Below, in pieces: positions 10,747 to 24,161 of a stretch of DNA of 64,000 nt. A program made the translations under genes and the position numbers. How positions within the stretch are numbered: position 1 is the stretch's first letter; the number at the start of each line of letters is the position of its first letter. The stretch is taken from NCBI GenBank assembly GCA_965240325.2, contig OZ251251.1, positions 372,001-436,000 of the forward strand, in the 5' to 3' direction. Below the pieces are notes generated by a model, which had not been told where the DNA came from, did no database searches, and worked only from the letters and a program-made list of their open reading frames with translations. The DNA comes from Rebecca billardiae RCC1528. Taxonomy: Eukaryota > Protista > Haptophyta.

Positions 10747-13168
10747 TCATCGCCGCCCGTAGCGGCCACCACCATCCTCCTCCTCGTCGTCCTCCTCCTC
10801 CTCGCCCGCCGGCGGCGCTGGGTGCGCGTAGCGGCGCTCGCGCTCGGTCTCGCGCTGCTCCTCGTCAGCGTCGCGCCGCTCGCGCCGCTGCTGCGCGCGC
10901 TGCGTCGAGAGCAGCACGGTGCGCTCGACCGAGCGCGCGATGCGCTCCCTGGCGCGCGCGAGCTCGGCGTCGACAAGGCCGCTGCCCGACGCCGCGCCGG
11001 GCACGGCGACGGTCGTGTCCGCGCCGCGCGCGCCCGCGCCGTCCGCGGGCAGCGCGCTGCCGTCCTGCTCTGCGCCCACGCGCAGGAAGGTGGCGCCCAG
11101 CCGGAGCAGCGCGGCCGCGCGCGCGTCGCGCGTGTGCGGCGGGACGTCGCCGTCGCGGAGCACGCGCGCGCACGCGCCGAGCGCGGTCTGGCGCACGTCG
11201 AGCGCGGTGATGGCCCAGCCCGCGCGCAGGAGCGCGGGCAGCGCGCAGCGCACCGCCTCGACCGGCGCGGAGGAGGGCTCCGCGGAGCCGCCGCCGCCGT
11301 CGAGCGCAAACGCCTCCGCCCACACCTGCGCGAGCGCGGCGGGCGCGGCGCCGGTCTCGTCCGCGGTGGCGGCGTGCTGCGCGGTGGTGAGCGCGACGCG
11401 CGCGGCGGCGGTCGTGGCGCCGAGCGCGGCGGACAGCACGTCCGAGCGCTGCTGCGCGGCCGTGCGCGCGCCCTCGTAGCTCACGCTCAGCACCTCGGCG
11501 ATCGCGTCGCCCGAGCGCGCGGGCGCGCGCACGAGCGCGCTGGTGGCGAGGTGGCGGCTGGCCGCGTGCACGTACGCGGCGCCGAGCGTGCCGAGGAGCG
11601 GCCGGCCGAAGGCGACCTTGGCGAGCCGCCGCGCCTCGCGCTCCCAGAACGGCTCGAACCCCGCCGCCGCCAGCTCCGCCGCCTCGTCCGCCTCGCGCGC
11701 CGCCGCGTGCGCCGCGGCGGGCGCGGGCGCGGCGGCGGGCTCGGCGGGTGCGGCGGGCGGCGGGCGCGCGGCGGGCGCGAGCAGCTGCGCGAGCATGAGC
11801 GCCACCTCGGCCTCGCGGCAGCGCTGCACGAGGCCGAGCGCGCGCGACACCGCCTGCGAGCGTCCGTACGCGTGCGCGGCCACGTGAGTGCCCGAGCGGC
11901 GCTGCGCGGCCGCCGCGGCCGCGTCCGCCGCCGTGTGCTCGGCCGCGGCCGTGCGCGCGGCGAGCGCGTCCGGGTGCGCGACGGCGTCGACGCCGAGCTG
12001 CGCGGCCGCGGCGAGGGAGAGCTCGCCCGTGAGGTACTCGAACTGCTCGTCCCCGAACAGGCAGTTGAAGAACAGGTGCGCGTCCACCGGCGGCTCGGCG
12101 TCGGCGTCGGCGCCGTGGCCGTGCGCGCCGCCCGCCTCGCCCAGCTCGTCGTACAGCGCGCGGCCGTGCGCGGACGAGAGCGTGGTGTACGCGCCGTGCA
12201 CGCGCGAGAAGCGCTCGGCGGCGGCGGCGTCGCCCGGGTTCTTGTCGGGGTGCGCGCGCCGCGCGGCCAGGTAGTACGCGCGGCGGATCTCGGCGGTGGA
12301 CGCGTCGGGCGACACGCCGAGCTCGTCGTACAGCGCCGTGCTCGCGACGCGCCGCCCGCCGAGCCCGCGCTGCGAGCGCGCGCCCGCCGAGCGCGCGGCG
12401 GCGGCGCCCGCGGCGGCGCCCGCGGCGGCGGCGGCGGCGGCGTCGGGCGCGGCGCGCGCGCCGCCGCCGCCGCCGAGCCCGCCCGCCGTCGCCGCCGCGT
12501 CCACGCTGTCCGCCGTCGCGAGCTGCGCCGCGAGCCGCGCGAGCAGCTCGCGCCGCTCGCCGAGCGCGCGCGTGTCCGCCGCCTCCTGCCGCAGCGAGTA
12601 GCGCGCCTCCCACGCGCCGCGCGCGGCGTCCCACTCGCCGCCGCCGACGGTGAGGCGGTACAGCGCCTCGGGCGTCGCCGCCACGCCGCGCGCGAGCTGG
12701 TACCCGCCCACCGCCAGCCCGGCGGCGGGCAGCGCCAGCGCGCCCAGCAGCCCGCGCCCCAGGCCCTCGGCCGCGCCAACCCAGCCGCCGTCGCGCGCGC
12801 CGCGCACGGGCGCGGAGAGCAGCGCGGCGGCGCCCGCCACGACGCCCTTGCCCACCTGCGCCGCGCCGCTCGTCGCGCCCGCGAGCGCGTCGCGCGGCGC
12901 GTCCGCGCCGCCCGCGCCGCCGAACAGCGCGCCCGTCGCCGACGCGACGTCCGCGGCGAGCGCGCCGACCGAGAGCTCGCCCAGCACGCCCATGCGCGCG
13001 CACGCACGCGCGCCCACGCCCGGCGCGCCGTCCGAGCCGCCGTCGGCGCCCGCCGGCGCGCCCGCGGCGGGGTCGGCGCCCTCGCCCTCGGCCGCCGCCG
13101 CCGCGCGCGCGCGCTCCTCCGCGCGCAGCCGCCGCACCGACATCGGCGGCGGCGCTCGCACGATGAGC

Positions 13169-13214
<46 letters not shown>

Positions 13215-13734
13215 TCGCAAAGCCGAGCGCGCCCAGCCCGCCCGCGCCGCTGAGGCCGGTGCACAGCGTCGCGAAGGACGGCATCGCGGGCATCGGCGGC
13301 AGCGGCGGCAGCGAGAGCGTCGACGTGCACCGCGCGAGCGACGAGAGCATCGCCGCTGTGACGCCGTCGCCGCCGGGCGGCGCCGCGGCGGGCGCGCCGC
13401 TGCCGTCGAGCGGCGCGGGCGCGCCCGGGATCGCGCGCGCGGGTGGGAGCCACTGAGTGCCCTCATGGTGCCGGAAGATCGCCTTCAGCTCGCGGCCGTA
13501 CGCGCGGCGCGCGCGCCCGAGCGCGTCCGCGCGCGCTGCCGCCTCAGCAGCGGCCGCGGCCGCCGCCTCCGCCGCCGCCTTGGCCGCGCGCTCCTCGGCG
13601 TCGATCGCGTCGATCTCGGAGCGGGGCACGCCCGAGTCGACGAGCGCGTCGATCATCTCGCCCTTCTCCGCATACCCGCGCGTCGGCAGCCCGCGCGCCT
13701 CCAGCAGCGCGCGCAGTGTCGCGACGGAGGGCAT
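10747..13734 (-). CDS. DnaJ (J-domain + DnaJ-X) protein with N-terminal SAP-like motif
   Basis: LYDELGVSPDASTAEIRRAYYLAARRAHPDKNPGD (HPD motif); FFNCLFGDEQFEYLTGEL and DVRQTALGACARVLRD of DnaJ-X type; likely start MPSVATLR at 13734. Confidence 0.85.
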
Positions 13735-13980
13735 CGGCCTGCGCGCGCGGCGGCAGCCTCCTCCACTCCACGGCCCGCTGAGATTCGCGAGGCTGATGCT
13801 TTCGGATGCTTTCGGCTTGCTGTTGCGCAAGCTTGCTTGTACAATGCTGTACTCTCCGCGGGTACTGTCTCGTCTTGATCGTCATCCAGCAGCTCCTTTG
13901 AATCAAGGAAGTCCTGGCGCCGCGCACGCCGCACGCTGGCGCGTGCGCGTCAGGCCACGGCCACGAAGACGGCCTGGACC

Positions 13981-14670
13981 ATGACGACCGAAGGGCACGG
14001 CCACGGGCCGGGCACGGCCGTCGCCGAGGCGGCGGCGGCGAAGAGCGAGGCGGAGGCGCTGCGCGCGGCCGAGCGCCACTATCAGATCCTCGAGAAGCGC
14101 TCGTCGCAGGAGGCGATCCGGCGAGAGGGCGGCAGTGCGCATCTGAACGGCGCCGCCCACGCGCCGCCCACGCTCGCGCCGCCGCCGTCTGCGCCGGGAG
14201 CTGGCGCGGCCGCCGCGCAGCCGGGGGATGGGCGGCGCGTGGGCGAGCCACTCGACTCGGCCGGGCCCGCACCGCCACTCGCCCCCGTCGTCGAGCTGCC
14301 AAACGGCGGCGAGCGCGCGGCCGCGGAGGACGAAGACAGCGATGGCGGCGCGGACGGCGCGGACGAGGGCGAGGAGGAGGAGGACGAGGACGCTGACGAC
14401 GACGAGCGCGAGGAGGACATCGAGTTCCTGCGCCAGCTCGCTGTGCTCGAGGAGGGAGAGGGCGAGGACGGCGAGAAGGCGTGGTGCGCGCGCCGCGCCG
14501 CGCACCCGGCAGCGCCGCGCCTCCCTCCCTCGCGAGCCCCCGCCTGTCACGCCCTCCGCCCCGCCCATGCCCCACACCGCGCACAGGTGGAACGAGGACG
14601 AGGACGACGATGAAGGGGACGACGACTACGACGATGACGACGACGACGACGACGATGACGACGACGATGA

Positions 14671-14713
<43 letters not shown>

Positions 14714-14890
14714 ACCGGCGCGGAGGCGGCGGTGGCGGGCGGGAGCAACGCCGAGAACGGCGCTGCCGCCGTTGCCGGCGCCGAGCGTGCTCACGGCGAG
14801 CGCGCGGCGAGCGAGCGCTTGGCCAGGCGCCGCGCAGCGCAGAACAGTGGGAATGCCAACCTCGCCGAGACCGATGGCGAGGACGACGGA

Positions 14891-14979
<89 letters not shown>

Positions 14980-17036
14980 TGACTACCAGGAGGGCGCCGA
15001 AGGCGGTGACGGCGAGGACGACGACGCACTGGCCGCTTTCTACAACGCCGAGTACGACGAGGAGGGTGGGGACGACGATGACCAGGACGACGGCGAGTGG
15101 GCTCCCGCGCAGCAGCGCGCCGGCGCGAACGCGCCGATGGACGACGGCTCATTCGACGAGGCGCTGCACTTCGACGTGGACAAGGAGGTGACGATCCACA
15201 CGGGCGATCGGTCCTCGACGACGGGGATGCTGGTCAACATCGAGCAGATGACCAAGCATCGCACGGGCTCGCCGCACCCGGAGCGGCCCCAGCGCCTCAT
15301 CGCCACGTACAAGCGGCTGCACGCCGCCGGCATCCTCAAGCAGTGCCAGCTCATCCCGACGCGGCCTGCGTCACGCTCGGACCTGTGCAGCCTTCACGAT
15401 GAGCGACACGTCGACCTGATCTTGCACAAGATCGACGCCATGCACCGCGCCACGGTCGCGGCGCAGCAGCAGCAGCCCGCATCCGACGCCGACGCCGAGG
15501 AGGCGGAGTTCAAGCGGCGCTTGCGCGCCCGCCGGGGCCTGCCCGCCGACTTTGAAGAGGTGCGGCTGGACACGGACACGTTCTTCACCATCAACGAGAG
15601 CGCGCTCGCGTCATCGTTGGCTGCGGGCTCGGTGATCGAGCTCACCAGCCGGGTCGTCTGCGGCGAGCTCAAAAACGCCTTCGCGATCACGCGCCCCCCG
15701 GGCCACCACTGCGAGGAGGCGAACGCGAACGGCTTCTGCCTGCTGAACAACGTCGCACTCGCCGCGCGCGTGGCGCAGATGCGCCACGGCGTTCAGCGCG
15801 TGCTCATCGTGGATTGGGACATCCACCACGGCAACGGCATCGAACACCTGTTCGAGGCGGACCCGAGCGTGCTCTACGTCTCGCTGCATCGGTACGGCGG
15901 TGGCTTCTTCCCCGGCACAGGCGCGGTGCGGGATGCGGGCAAGGGCCCCGGCGCTGGCTACACGCTGAACGTACCCTGGCTCGAGGGAGGTGCGCGCTCC
16001 GAGCGCCCACCCGCGACCGCGTATGCCGCCCACGTGCGTGGTCTGCGCACGTGCGCACACGCCTCTGACGGACGCGCCTGACCCGCGATCCACCAGGCAT
16101 CGGCGACGCCGACTACCTCGCCGCGTTCCAGCGGCTGATCATGCCCGTCGCGCACGAGTTCGCGCCAGAACTCGTAATCATCGCCGCCGGCTTCGACTCA
16201 GGCGCGGGTGACCCGCTAGGAGGCTGCGATGTGACGCCGCGGGGCTTCGCGCACATGACAGCCCTGCTCGCCACGCTTGCTGGCGGGCGGCTCGTCGCCT
16301 GCCTCGAGGGTGGCTACAACCTGGACACCGTCGCCTCCTCTGCTGAGGCGGTCGCACGCGTGCTCTTGGGTGCCGCGCCCGAGGCTGCGCCGCCGCTAGT
16401 CGCACAGCCGGTCGCAGAAGCGGCGATTGCCGCAGCGTCGTCGGTGCATGCTCGGTGTGTGAACGCCGTGCGCACCCACCACCCGTGCGTGTCCATCACA
16501 CGCGTACAACTTCGCGCTCGCATGTTGCGCGCTCATCAAACGGTCCCGGCCCGGCCCGCCCGCCCCTGTTGCATCTGCGTGCCGAACGCGCGCGCAGCTT
16601 CTGGCGGTCGCTTGGCTATCTGCGCGGGATGGCCGACGACGCCGGGGGGGACGGCGACGATGACGACGACGGCGCCATGCCCATCGACGCCGACATGCAT
16701 GTGCCGAACGAACCCGGGGCACGCGACGAGGACGTGCTAGGTGACGACGAGCCCGTCGCTGCCGGTGCAGGCGAGGCCGTGCCGGCTACCGATGCGGACG
16801 CGGACTTCGATCACTACGTCCGGTCTAGCGATCGCCAGCGCCTTGCACGCCGTGCCAGCCGTGGAGCGCGCCTGTCATGGCGCATCGGATCGTTGGAGGG
16901 CCGCCGCGGCTTCAGTAAGCAGCGTACTCTGCAGCTTGAAGCGCGGCGGCTGCGCAAGCTGCGCAGGCGCATGTCCGAGCTGATCATGCGCACGTGCACG
17001 CACCGTGACTGGCGATCGGGTGCGTTTGGGGTTTAA
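13981..17036 (+). CDS. Class II histone deacetylase with poly-Asp N-terminal region (4 exons)
   Basis: HPERP, RPPGHH, NGFC, DWDIHHGNG, SLHRY, GFDSGAGDPLG and LEGGY motifs; frame-consistent GT-AG introns at 14484-14586, 15990-16096 and 16455-16597. Confidence 0.92.
14605..14985 (+). repeat. (GAC/GAT)n trinucleotide tracts encoding poly-Asp
   Basis: Two long GACGACGAT runs at ~14615-14707 and ~14880-14983 inside the HDAC exon. Confidence 0.9.
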
Positions 17037-18929
17037 AGACAATGCATGCTGCTTTTTGCTCCTGGCCGACGCCTGTGTTCAGCGCATGCCCGGGCGGTGA
17101 TTTCTACTACTGCACGGCTGTCGATGATGCATCTGTCTTGCTCGATGCGACGTGTCTTGGTCAGAGGGTGCATGTGCAACCTTCTGCCGTTCCAATTCAA
17201 CATTCTGAACATGTAGGTGGATCGCGCTACGACCACTTGACCAAACTTCAAACGCCAGGCCTAACCAGGTCGGCTCTAGGCCAGCGGCGCGCACTTCGCA
17301 ACTGGCCGGTCGTCTGCAAGCGGCGCCATCAACCATGTCGGCGCACTTGCACAGACCGCCGGGGATGCCGCGCGTTTTGCTACAGAACGGGGCGTGTGGG
17401 GAGCGTGCAGCTAAGCGAGAACGCCACCGCAGCCGGCTCGTCGCGCTCGAGAGTCCAGCATCGCCGCTGAGCGCAGGACGACCAGAGTGTCTCTGGCGCC
17501 GTATTGGCCTTTAAGCATGTGTTTGAGAGCGCAGCGCACGCCATGCAGATAGACCATTCGTCAAAGCATACCGCCCATTCCATGAGTATCCAACCGGGCC
17601 AGACCCCCATATTAGCCAGCCCAGATCCGAAAGGACGCTGAGCGTCCGTCTTTTCCGGTTGGCGCACGTTGGGAAGGGGCTCCCCGGACTCAGATAAACG
17701 CCGCCGCCGACGCCGCCTCGCTCGCGCCTACCGCCGCAAGCGCGAGGCCGCGCGATGTGCCGATGTCCAGTAGGGCTTCCGATGGGACGCAGCGGGGCGG
17801 TAGCAGCGGGGCGGTAGCGAGGCGGTGAACTACTGTAGCTTACCCCCGCACCTCGAAGGTCGGCTTGAGGCCCGCGTGAGCCCGAGTTTGCGCCGCCGCC
17901 ACATTCAGCCAGAGACATGCGCGCCTTGCTGCCGAGGCAGCAGAGAGGCAAGCACGCGCGGGAAGCCGCTGGGCACCATTGCGCGCGTCTGCGACCGTAT
18001 TGTAACATTGAGCCTGTGCGTGAGCGCGTCCAGAGCGATTGTGCCCCGCGATGCCGGCCCATGCCTGCCGTACGTGCCCCGCATGCGTCGAGCGCATACA
18101 TGCACGCGACGGGTGTCCTGGCAGCGAGGGCGGGGTGGCGTAGATGGTCTCGTTGGAGATGCGTCGGTGTGCCGAAGACGTCCCGACACCTTGGTGGCAT
18201 GCCCACCCACGCCTCTCCTTGTCGCCGCTTGCGTGCTGCGTGCTCGGCGAGCCGTTTGGAGTGCACGCCTGCACGTGCACAGCCAGTGTCGGGCGGATCG
18301 AGCCGCAGTGAGTGTTCGCGCGCGAACTCCCTCTCGGTGCGCCTCTCTCTACCACTGCTGCAAGCCCTCGTGCGTGTCGTGGAACCTGTCGAATCCAGTC
18401 AGACGCGTGCCAAACTTCCTCGCGAACAATGCGAGGACTGGCCGTATTGAGATCGAGCAGCTGGTTTTGAATTTTTTACGGCTGTCCCAGATCCCCGCGC
18501 CGGGCGCCGTGACGCCGGTAGCCTCGGTATTCCTTGCGCAATTTTTAAGTCGCGGGCCGCCCGGCCGCCGCGGGTTCGACGACGCCATTCGTCATCGGCA
18601 TCAGAGCCGCACGCCATATTGCCGGAGCCAGCATTATTCGTGCAGGCTGGGCTTGCCAAGTGAGTGTCGTCAGAATACGTGCCTGCTACAGACGGCAGTT
18701 TGTTTGCATGTACACATGCGTATGAAATTGGTCAAACGACAGGCGCTGCTCAGATGACTGCCGGCGGTCGCGAGATGGTAGAAGGGCACATTAGCGATTA
18801 ATGCTTACACTGGCATGGCAGCGTGGCAGGCGGGCAAAGATGTGTGTGCATGGACGGCAAGCGGCCCAGCCGCGCCTGGCTGGGGGCGGGGCGGAGCTGA
18901 GCGCGAGCAGTCCGCTAGCCCCCTCGAAC

Positions 18930-21320
18930 CTACTGGTGGACAGGGGCTGCGAGCGGCTCGCCTGGCGGCAGCGTCGGCCGGTCGCGGTCCACCGTGTGGT
19001 CAAGGGTGGTCCCGCCGATGGACGAGAGCCCGGCGGCATCGTGCGCGGTGTGAGAGGCGATCATGTACGCCGCAGTCTCCTCGACGTTGTTGACCTGCAG
19101 CTGCGGCTGCGCAGGCTCGTGCGCCGCAGGCGCGGCGGCGAGCTCGCCTTCGCTGGGCGCCTCACTCGGCCCGGCCAGCGCCATGCCCGAGTCGTCCTCG
19201 TCACCCGAGTCATTGCCCAGCTCGTCCGCGCCGTCCGCGCCGCCGTCGACGCCGCCCGCGTCGCCGTCACCCGGACGTGGCAGTGCGGCCATGGCCGCGA
19301 GGTCGTTGCTCGAGCCGGCGGCGGCGCCGCCGAGCGGGGTGAGTGTGCGCGGAGCGAGCGGCGGGCGCTTTGCCGCGGCCGCCTGCGAGCCATCGGCGCC
19401 GTTGAGCGCGGGCGCCGCGCCGGGCGGCGGCGGCGGGAGCTGCTCACGTAGCGGCGCGAGCTTCTGCGCGAGCCCGCGCTGCGTGCACAGCTGCGCCTCG
19501 AGGTTGGCGACGAGCTGCGACTTCATCGTCTCGAGCTCGGCGATCGCCGCGTGCGCCAGCCGCGCGTGCGCCTCCGCCGTCGAGCCGCTGTCGCCGCCAT
19601 CGCGTGGCGCGTTGAGGACGGCGTCGACGGCGGACTCGAGCGCGGTCTGCAGCTGCTTCTGGAAGTCGAGCTGCCGCCAGAGCTGCTCCTGCACGCCCGC
19701 CTGCACGCGCAGCGCCTCGGCGTGCACCTCGAGCGTGCGCGCGAGCGTGAGCTCACCGCTGCCGTCACCGGGCTGCCCGGCGCCGTCGGCGAGGCCGGGG
19801 ACTTTGGGGGCCAGCTGGGGGCTGCCGCCCGCGCGCTGCGCGGTCAGCGAGGCCGCGTCGCCGCCGTCGCCGTCGGTGGCGGGCGCGCCCACCGCACGCA
19901 TCGCCGCGATCGCGCTCGTGAAGGCGGCGCCGGCCGGCGCGCCGAGCGAGGCGAGGTCGGGGGCCGAGCCGCGCGCGGGGAGGCCGTGCGCGCCCGGCAT
20001 GGCGGAGAGCGCGCGGAGGCTCCTGCGGCCCTCGCTCAGCTCGCCGAGCCCCGCGCCGGCCGCGTCCACGCCCGGCGGCGTCATGCCGTCGTCCGCACCG
20101 TCCATCGCGGCAGACTCCGGGTCGACGCCGGAGGTGGAGGGCCAGCCGGTGCGGTCGGAGCGCGCGCCCGCGCCGAGCTGCTCGCTGCCGGCAAAGCTGC
20201 CCTCGACGGGCGCGGCGCTCGAGTCAGCGCCGCGGTGCGAGGTGGACTGGTCCTGCAGCACCGTGCGCGCCCAGTTGGACTTGGAGCCGCGCATGCGCCG
20301 CGCCCAGTCCGAGCCCTTCTTCAGCATGCGGTACTTCTGCAGGTGGGACTTGACGTGCGCCTTGGTCATCTGCGGCTGGTTCATCAGCCGCAAGATGGCG
20401 GACGGATGCGCCTCTGCGCGGCGGCGGCGGCGGCGGCGGCGGCGGCAGGGGCGGGCGGGCGCGCGCGCGCGCGCGCGGTGAGCGCGTGGCCAGAGGGCGG
20501 GATGGCGGCGCGCGCGCGAGCAGACGGCGTGTCGGAGTCACGCGCGGCCGCGGGGCGCGTCGCGCGCACTCTCGTGCCCGCCGAGCGCGTTGACGGCGGA
20601 GAGGAAGAGCGCGTGCAGCTCCTGCGTCCACACCAGACGGGAGCCCTGCTGCTTGCTCGGCTTGCTGCCCATGCCGCCCAGCGCACCCATCGGCAGCGCA
20701 CCGTGCGCAGCCTGGCCGACGGCGCCCGGGGGCATGTGCAGCTGGGCGTGCATGCCAAAGCCCGGCGCCATCGCGCCGTGCACGAGCGGCGGCAGCCCGT
20801 GCGGCATGCCGTGAAGCGACGGCAGCGCCGCATGCGCGCCGCCGTGCGCGCCGTCAAAGCCGTGCGGCAGCAGCCCGCTCGGACCGTTCGCGCCCGACAC
20901 GGAGAGGAGCGGCGGGAAGTCGGGCGCGGAGGGCGGGATCGACCCGTTCGCGATGCCCGCGGCGCCACTCACCGCGCCGATCACGGAGAGATCGAACGGC
21001 ATGGCCGCGCTGTCGGCCGGCAGGCCGCCCGACTGCATGCCGCCGACCGCGCCGCCGGCGCCGCTCGTCGCGACGGCGTTGCCGCCCGGGGACGGAGCGT
21101 TAGTGGCCGCAACGGCAGCGGCGGCGGCAGCAGCCGCAGCCGCGGCCGCGAACGAGCGGTAGTCAGCCGGCAGCCCCGCGGTGAACGACGGCAGGCCAGC
21201 GGATCCCTTGGGCTGCGCAAAGCCAAACAGCGCGGCGTCCGCGCTGCCCGCGTGCGGCAGCGAGGGCAGCGACGCGGCGTTGAGGGACGGGGGCTGCTGG
21301 GGTGGCCACGCAGCACTCAT
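18930..21320 (-). CDS. GARP/G2-like MYB-CC transcription factor (PHR1/PSR1-like)
   Basis: Spliced (intron 20414-20569) RLVWTQELHALFLSAVNALGGHEKAHPSAILRLM...HVKSHLQKYR, plus coiled coil EALRVQAGVQEQLWRQLDFQKQLQ. Confidence 0.88.
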
Positions 21321-22808
21321 TCGGCACGTCGAGAGATTGCGCTCGGTCCGTTGCTCGTCGGCGTACGCAGTCGCGCCAGCAAGCCGGTCGTTCGTGCCGG
21401 GCGCGCGTCCTTCCAGCAGCACGGCAGGTTTGCGCCTCAGAAGGTTGAGGTGCCGGAGAATCTTGGCCGATGCGCACCTCTGTGTTCGAGGGTGTTCGCC
21501 TTTCGCCGCCTTCTCCTATTCGAGCCCGAAGCTTGCGACGCTTGGTTGGCCCCTTCGGGCGCACCTCATTGGCCCGCTGGCTGCGCACGCCGATTTCGTC
21601 GCTGTGTGGCAACCAAACTTGGCCTGATGAGACAGTACGTAAGAAGCAAAAGGTGCCGCGAATCTTTGTCCTTTGATTGGCCATCGGCCTCCGCGGTGGC
21701 CCCGCACTGGGGCTCCGAAGCATCTTCGGTGGATCCCCTGTGCAGCACAACCTAGGTTTGACTTCACTGCCGTTCTCATGACGAAACGCGAGTGGCTCAG
21801 AATTCGGCCGATGATGGCCTGATGCGCGCGCTCCCCTTGTTGCGCAGCAGGCCGCGTCCAGCGTGGCGAATACGGGTCGTGGTGGCTGGCTGCACGCCGC
21901 GTGACCTCTCGCCGTCTGGCCGGCCCCGGGCCCAGGCCCGGCGGCCCGCCAAGCTACGGGCGCCGCGTCCACTAAAAGTCGGGCAGAGCCTCGGCCAGAC
22001 TAACGCGGACCCGGGACTGCCTGTCCCGGTGCGCAGGCAGCGGTGTCGGTGCAGCCCCCGAGGGGGCGCTCTGCGGCCCGGCCTGTCGTCCTGCTACTCC
22101 GATTCCGGTGGACTAACCGGACTCTCCGGCGTTATTTCTCAGTAGTACTTTGTTGCCGACTCGATCCCGCGCGAAACCGGCGATGCGGCCCGTGCGCCAC
22201 TCTGACTCGCCCCACTCGGCGGACTCGGCCGGATAGTTCCGGAAAATTTAAGGCTGCTCGTTCTACCGCCCTCAGCTCAGCTCGGACTTACTCGGACCCG
22301 CCGGGCGCCGGGCGCTCGGACTAGAGGCGCGTCACCGGCCGGGCTACCGCCACGCTGCGCCGCGCGCCGGACCGACGAGCTGAGTCCGATACGGTCCGAA
22401 CCGCGAACGTGGCGGCAATATATATAGTATATACGGTAAGGCGCGTCGTGCGGCCTACTGGACCGGGACCCGCGCCGGTCACGGTGGCGCGGTACCGGGT
22501 GCCCCGGCCCCGGGGCAGCGCTGGTGCCGCATGGCTGCTGCATGCGCCTGCGGCGGCGGCCTGGCCCTGCCGCCAGTGCCGGTGCGGGTGCCGCCACTGC
22601 CGGCAGCCCCGGGCTGCCGGCGGCGCGCGCGGCCCGGTGACCAGTGACCGCCTGATCCGCCTGACGATGTCACTTGTCAGCATCACTCCGGCTACTCGTC
22701 TGCGGACGACCTGGCTGGCTAACGGTAGCCAGGCGGTACGCCACAACGCGGTAATACGACTCGTACACGCAGCTAGAATAGCGCGCCGGCACTAGACTAT
22801 AGCAGCAG

Positions 22809-23933
22809 TTAGCGCCACCGCGTGAGGTGGCGCTCGCGCACGCCCCCGACGGGGGGGCGCGCACGCGCGGTGAGCACGTCGGGTGCGCGCTGCTCCAAGA
22901 AGGCTTCGCGCGTCTCGCCCCCGCCGCCCAGGCGGGCCACCCCGCCGGGCGCCCCGCGCGCCGCCGTTGGCAGGTGCGTGAGCGGCGTGGGCGCGTTGGC
23001 CAGCTCGTCCTCCGCCGCGGCGCGCGCGCGCAGCTCGGCCGCCATCGCCACCTCGGCCGCGCGCGCGTGCAGCAGCGAGCCACGCCATGCGGGCGGCTGT
23101 GGCCGAGCGGCGTGGGGCCCGCCCGGCGCGGGCTCAAGGAGCTCGCCGCTCTCGGAGGGCGGCAGCCCGCTTGCCGACCCGCCGGGCGCTCTTTTGGCGC
23201 CCCAGCTCGGCAGCGCATTCGGGTTGAGCAAGTCCACACGCCGCGGCGCGCGCGTGGGCACGCCGGCCGCGCCCCGCTCGGCGCGCTGCGCAGCCGCCGC
23301 CACCGCCTCCTCGTCCGCTGCCGCCGGCCGTGCGGCGGCTGTCGGGCCGAGCGCCGCGCCGGCCGTGGCGCCGCGCGGTTCGAGCCGCACGTCAGCGCCG
23401 GCGCGCACGCGCGGCGCGCCGCGCGGCGGCGCGGGCGCGGCCGTGGCCGGCGGCGGCGGCTCAGAGCCTGGCCTGCGCCCCGAGGGCAGCCGCATGCTCA
23501 GCCGTAGGAGCTCGGCGACCTCGACGTGTCCGCGGCGCAGCGCGAGCTCGAGCGCCGTGTCCGCGTGCTGCACATCCCAGCGCGGGCCGGGCACCGGAGG
23601 CGGCACGAGGCTGGCGCGCATGGCGGGCGCCTTGAGCCAGGGATCTGCGCGCATCTGCAGCAGGGAGGCGACCAGCTGTGCGTGCCCGTGTATGGCCGCC
23701 GTGTGCAGCGCGGGGCGGTCGCCGTCCGAGCGCAGCTCGAAGCCGTTCGGGTCGGCGCCGCGCTCGCGCACGCTGCGCTCGACGCCGAGCACGTCGCCGC
23801 TCTTGACCGCCGCCCAGTCCATCCCGCCCAGCGCGGGCGGGTGAGCGATCGGCGCACCCCAGTCGGGCGCGCCCTGCGGCCGCAGGCGCTCGCCAAGAGT
23901 AGATGGCGGCCGCACGCCAGCCCCCTTGGCCAT
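22809..23933 (-). CDS. Ankyrin-repeat protein
   Basis: RPALHTAAIHGHAQLVASLLQMRADP and DTALELALRRGHVEVAELL ankyrin motifs; start uncertain. Confidence 0.75.
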   Translation of the reverse strand: MAKGAGVRPPSTLGERLRPQGAPDWGAPIAHPPALGGMDWAAVKSGDVLGVERSVRERGADPNGFELRSDGDRPALHTAAIHGHAQLVASLLQMRADPWLKAPAMRASLVPPPVPGPRWDVQHADTALELALRRGHVEVAELLRLSMRLPSGRRPGSEPPPPATAAPAPPRGAPRVRAGADVRLEPRGATAGAALGPTAAARPAAADEEAVAAAAQRAERGAAGVPTRAPRRVDLLNPNALPSWGAKRAPGGSASGLPPSESGELLEPAPGGPHAARPQPPAWRGSLLHARAAEVAMAAELRARAAAEDELANAPTPLTHLPTAARGAPGGVARLGGGGETREAFLEQRAPDVLTARARPPVGGVRERHLTRWR

Positions 23934-24161
23934 GGGCGCCCGCCGCACCCCCGCGAGAGGGCTTTGCTGTGAGCGTTCGAACGGCCTCAAACCGCCATCG
24001 TGGAAAATCCGCCGACTTTTTCGTGATGCCTTCCTGCTAAAGTTTTCACTTTCTTCATCGCCGCCGTCGTCATCTCTGCTCACTACTCAACACTCGGCCA
24101 CTCGGGTCGTCCTCGGCTGCTCTCGGCTGCTCTCGGCGGGTGGTAGCGCAGCCGACGTGCG

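Noticed and set aside
10741-13878. 1,045-aa plus-strand ORF
   Set aside because: Antisense shadow of the DnaJ gene with no domain signal
22599-22621. 11-bp hairpin GCCGGCAGCCC-C-GGGCTGCCGGC
   Set aside because: Almost all G/C, so plausible by chance here; no associated element ends found
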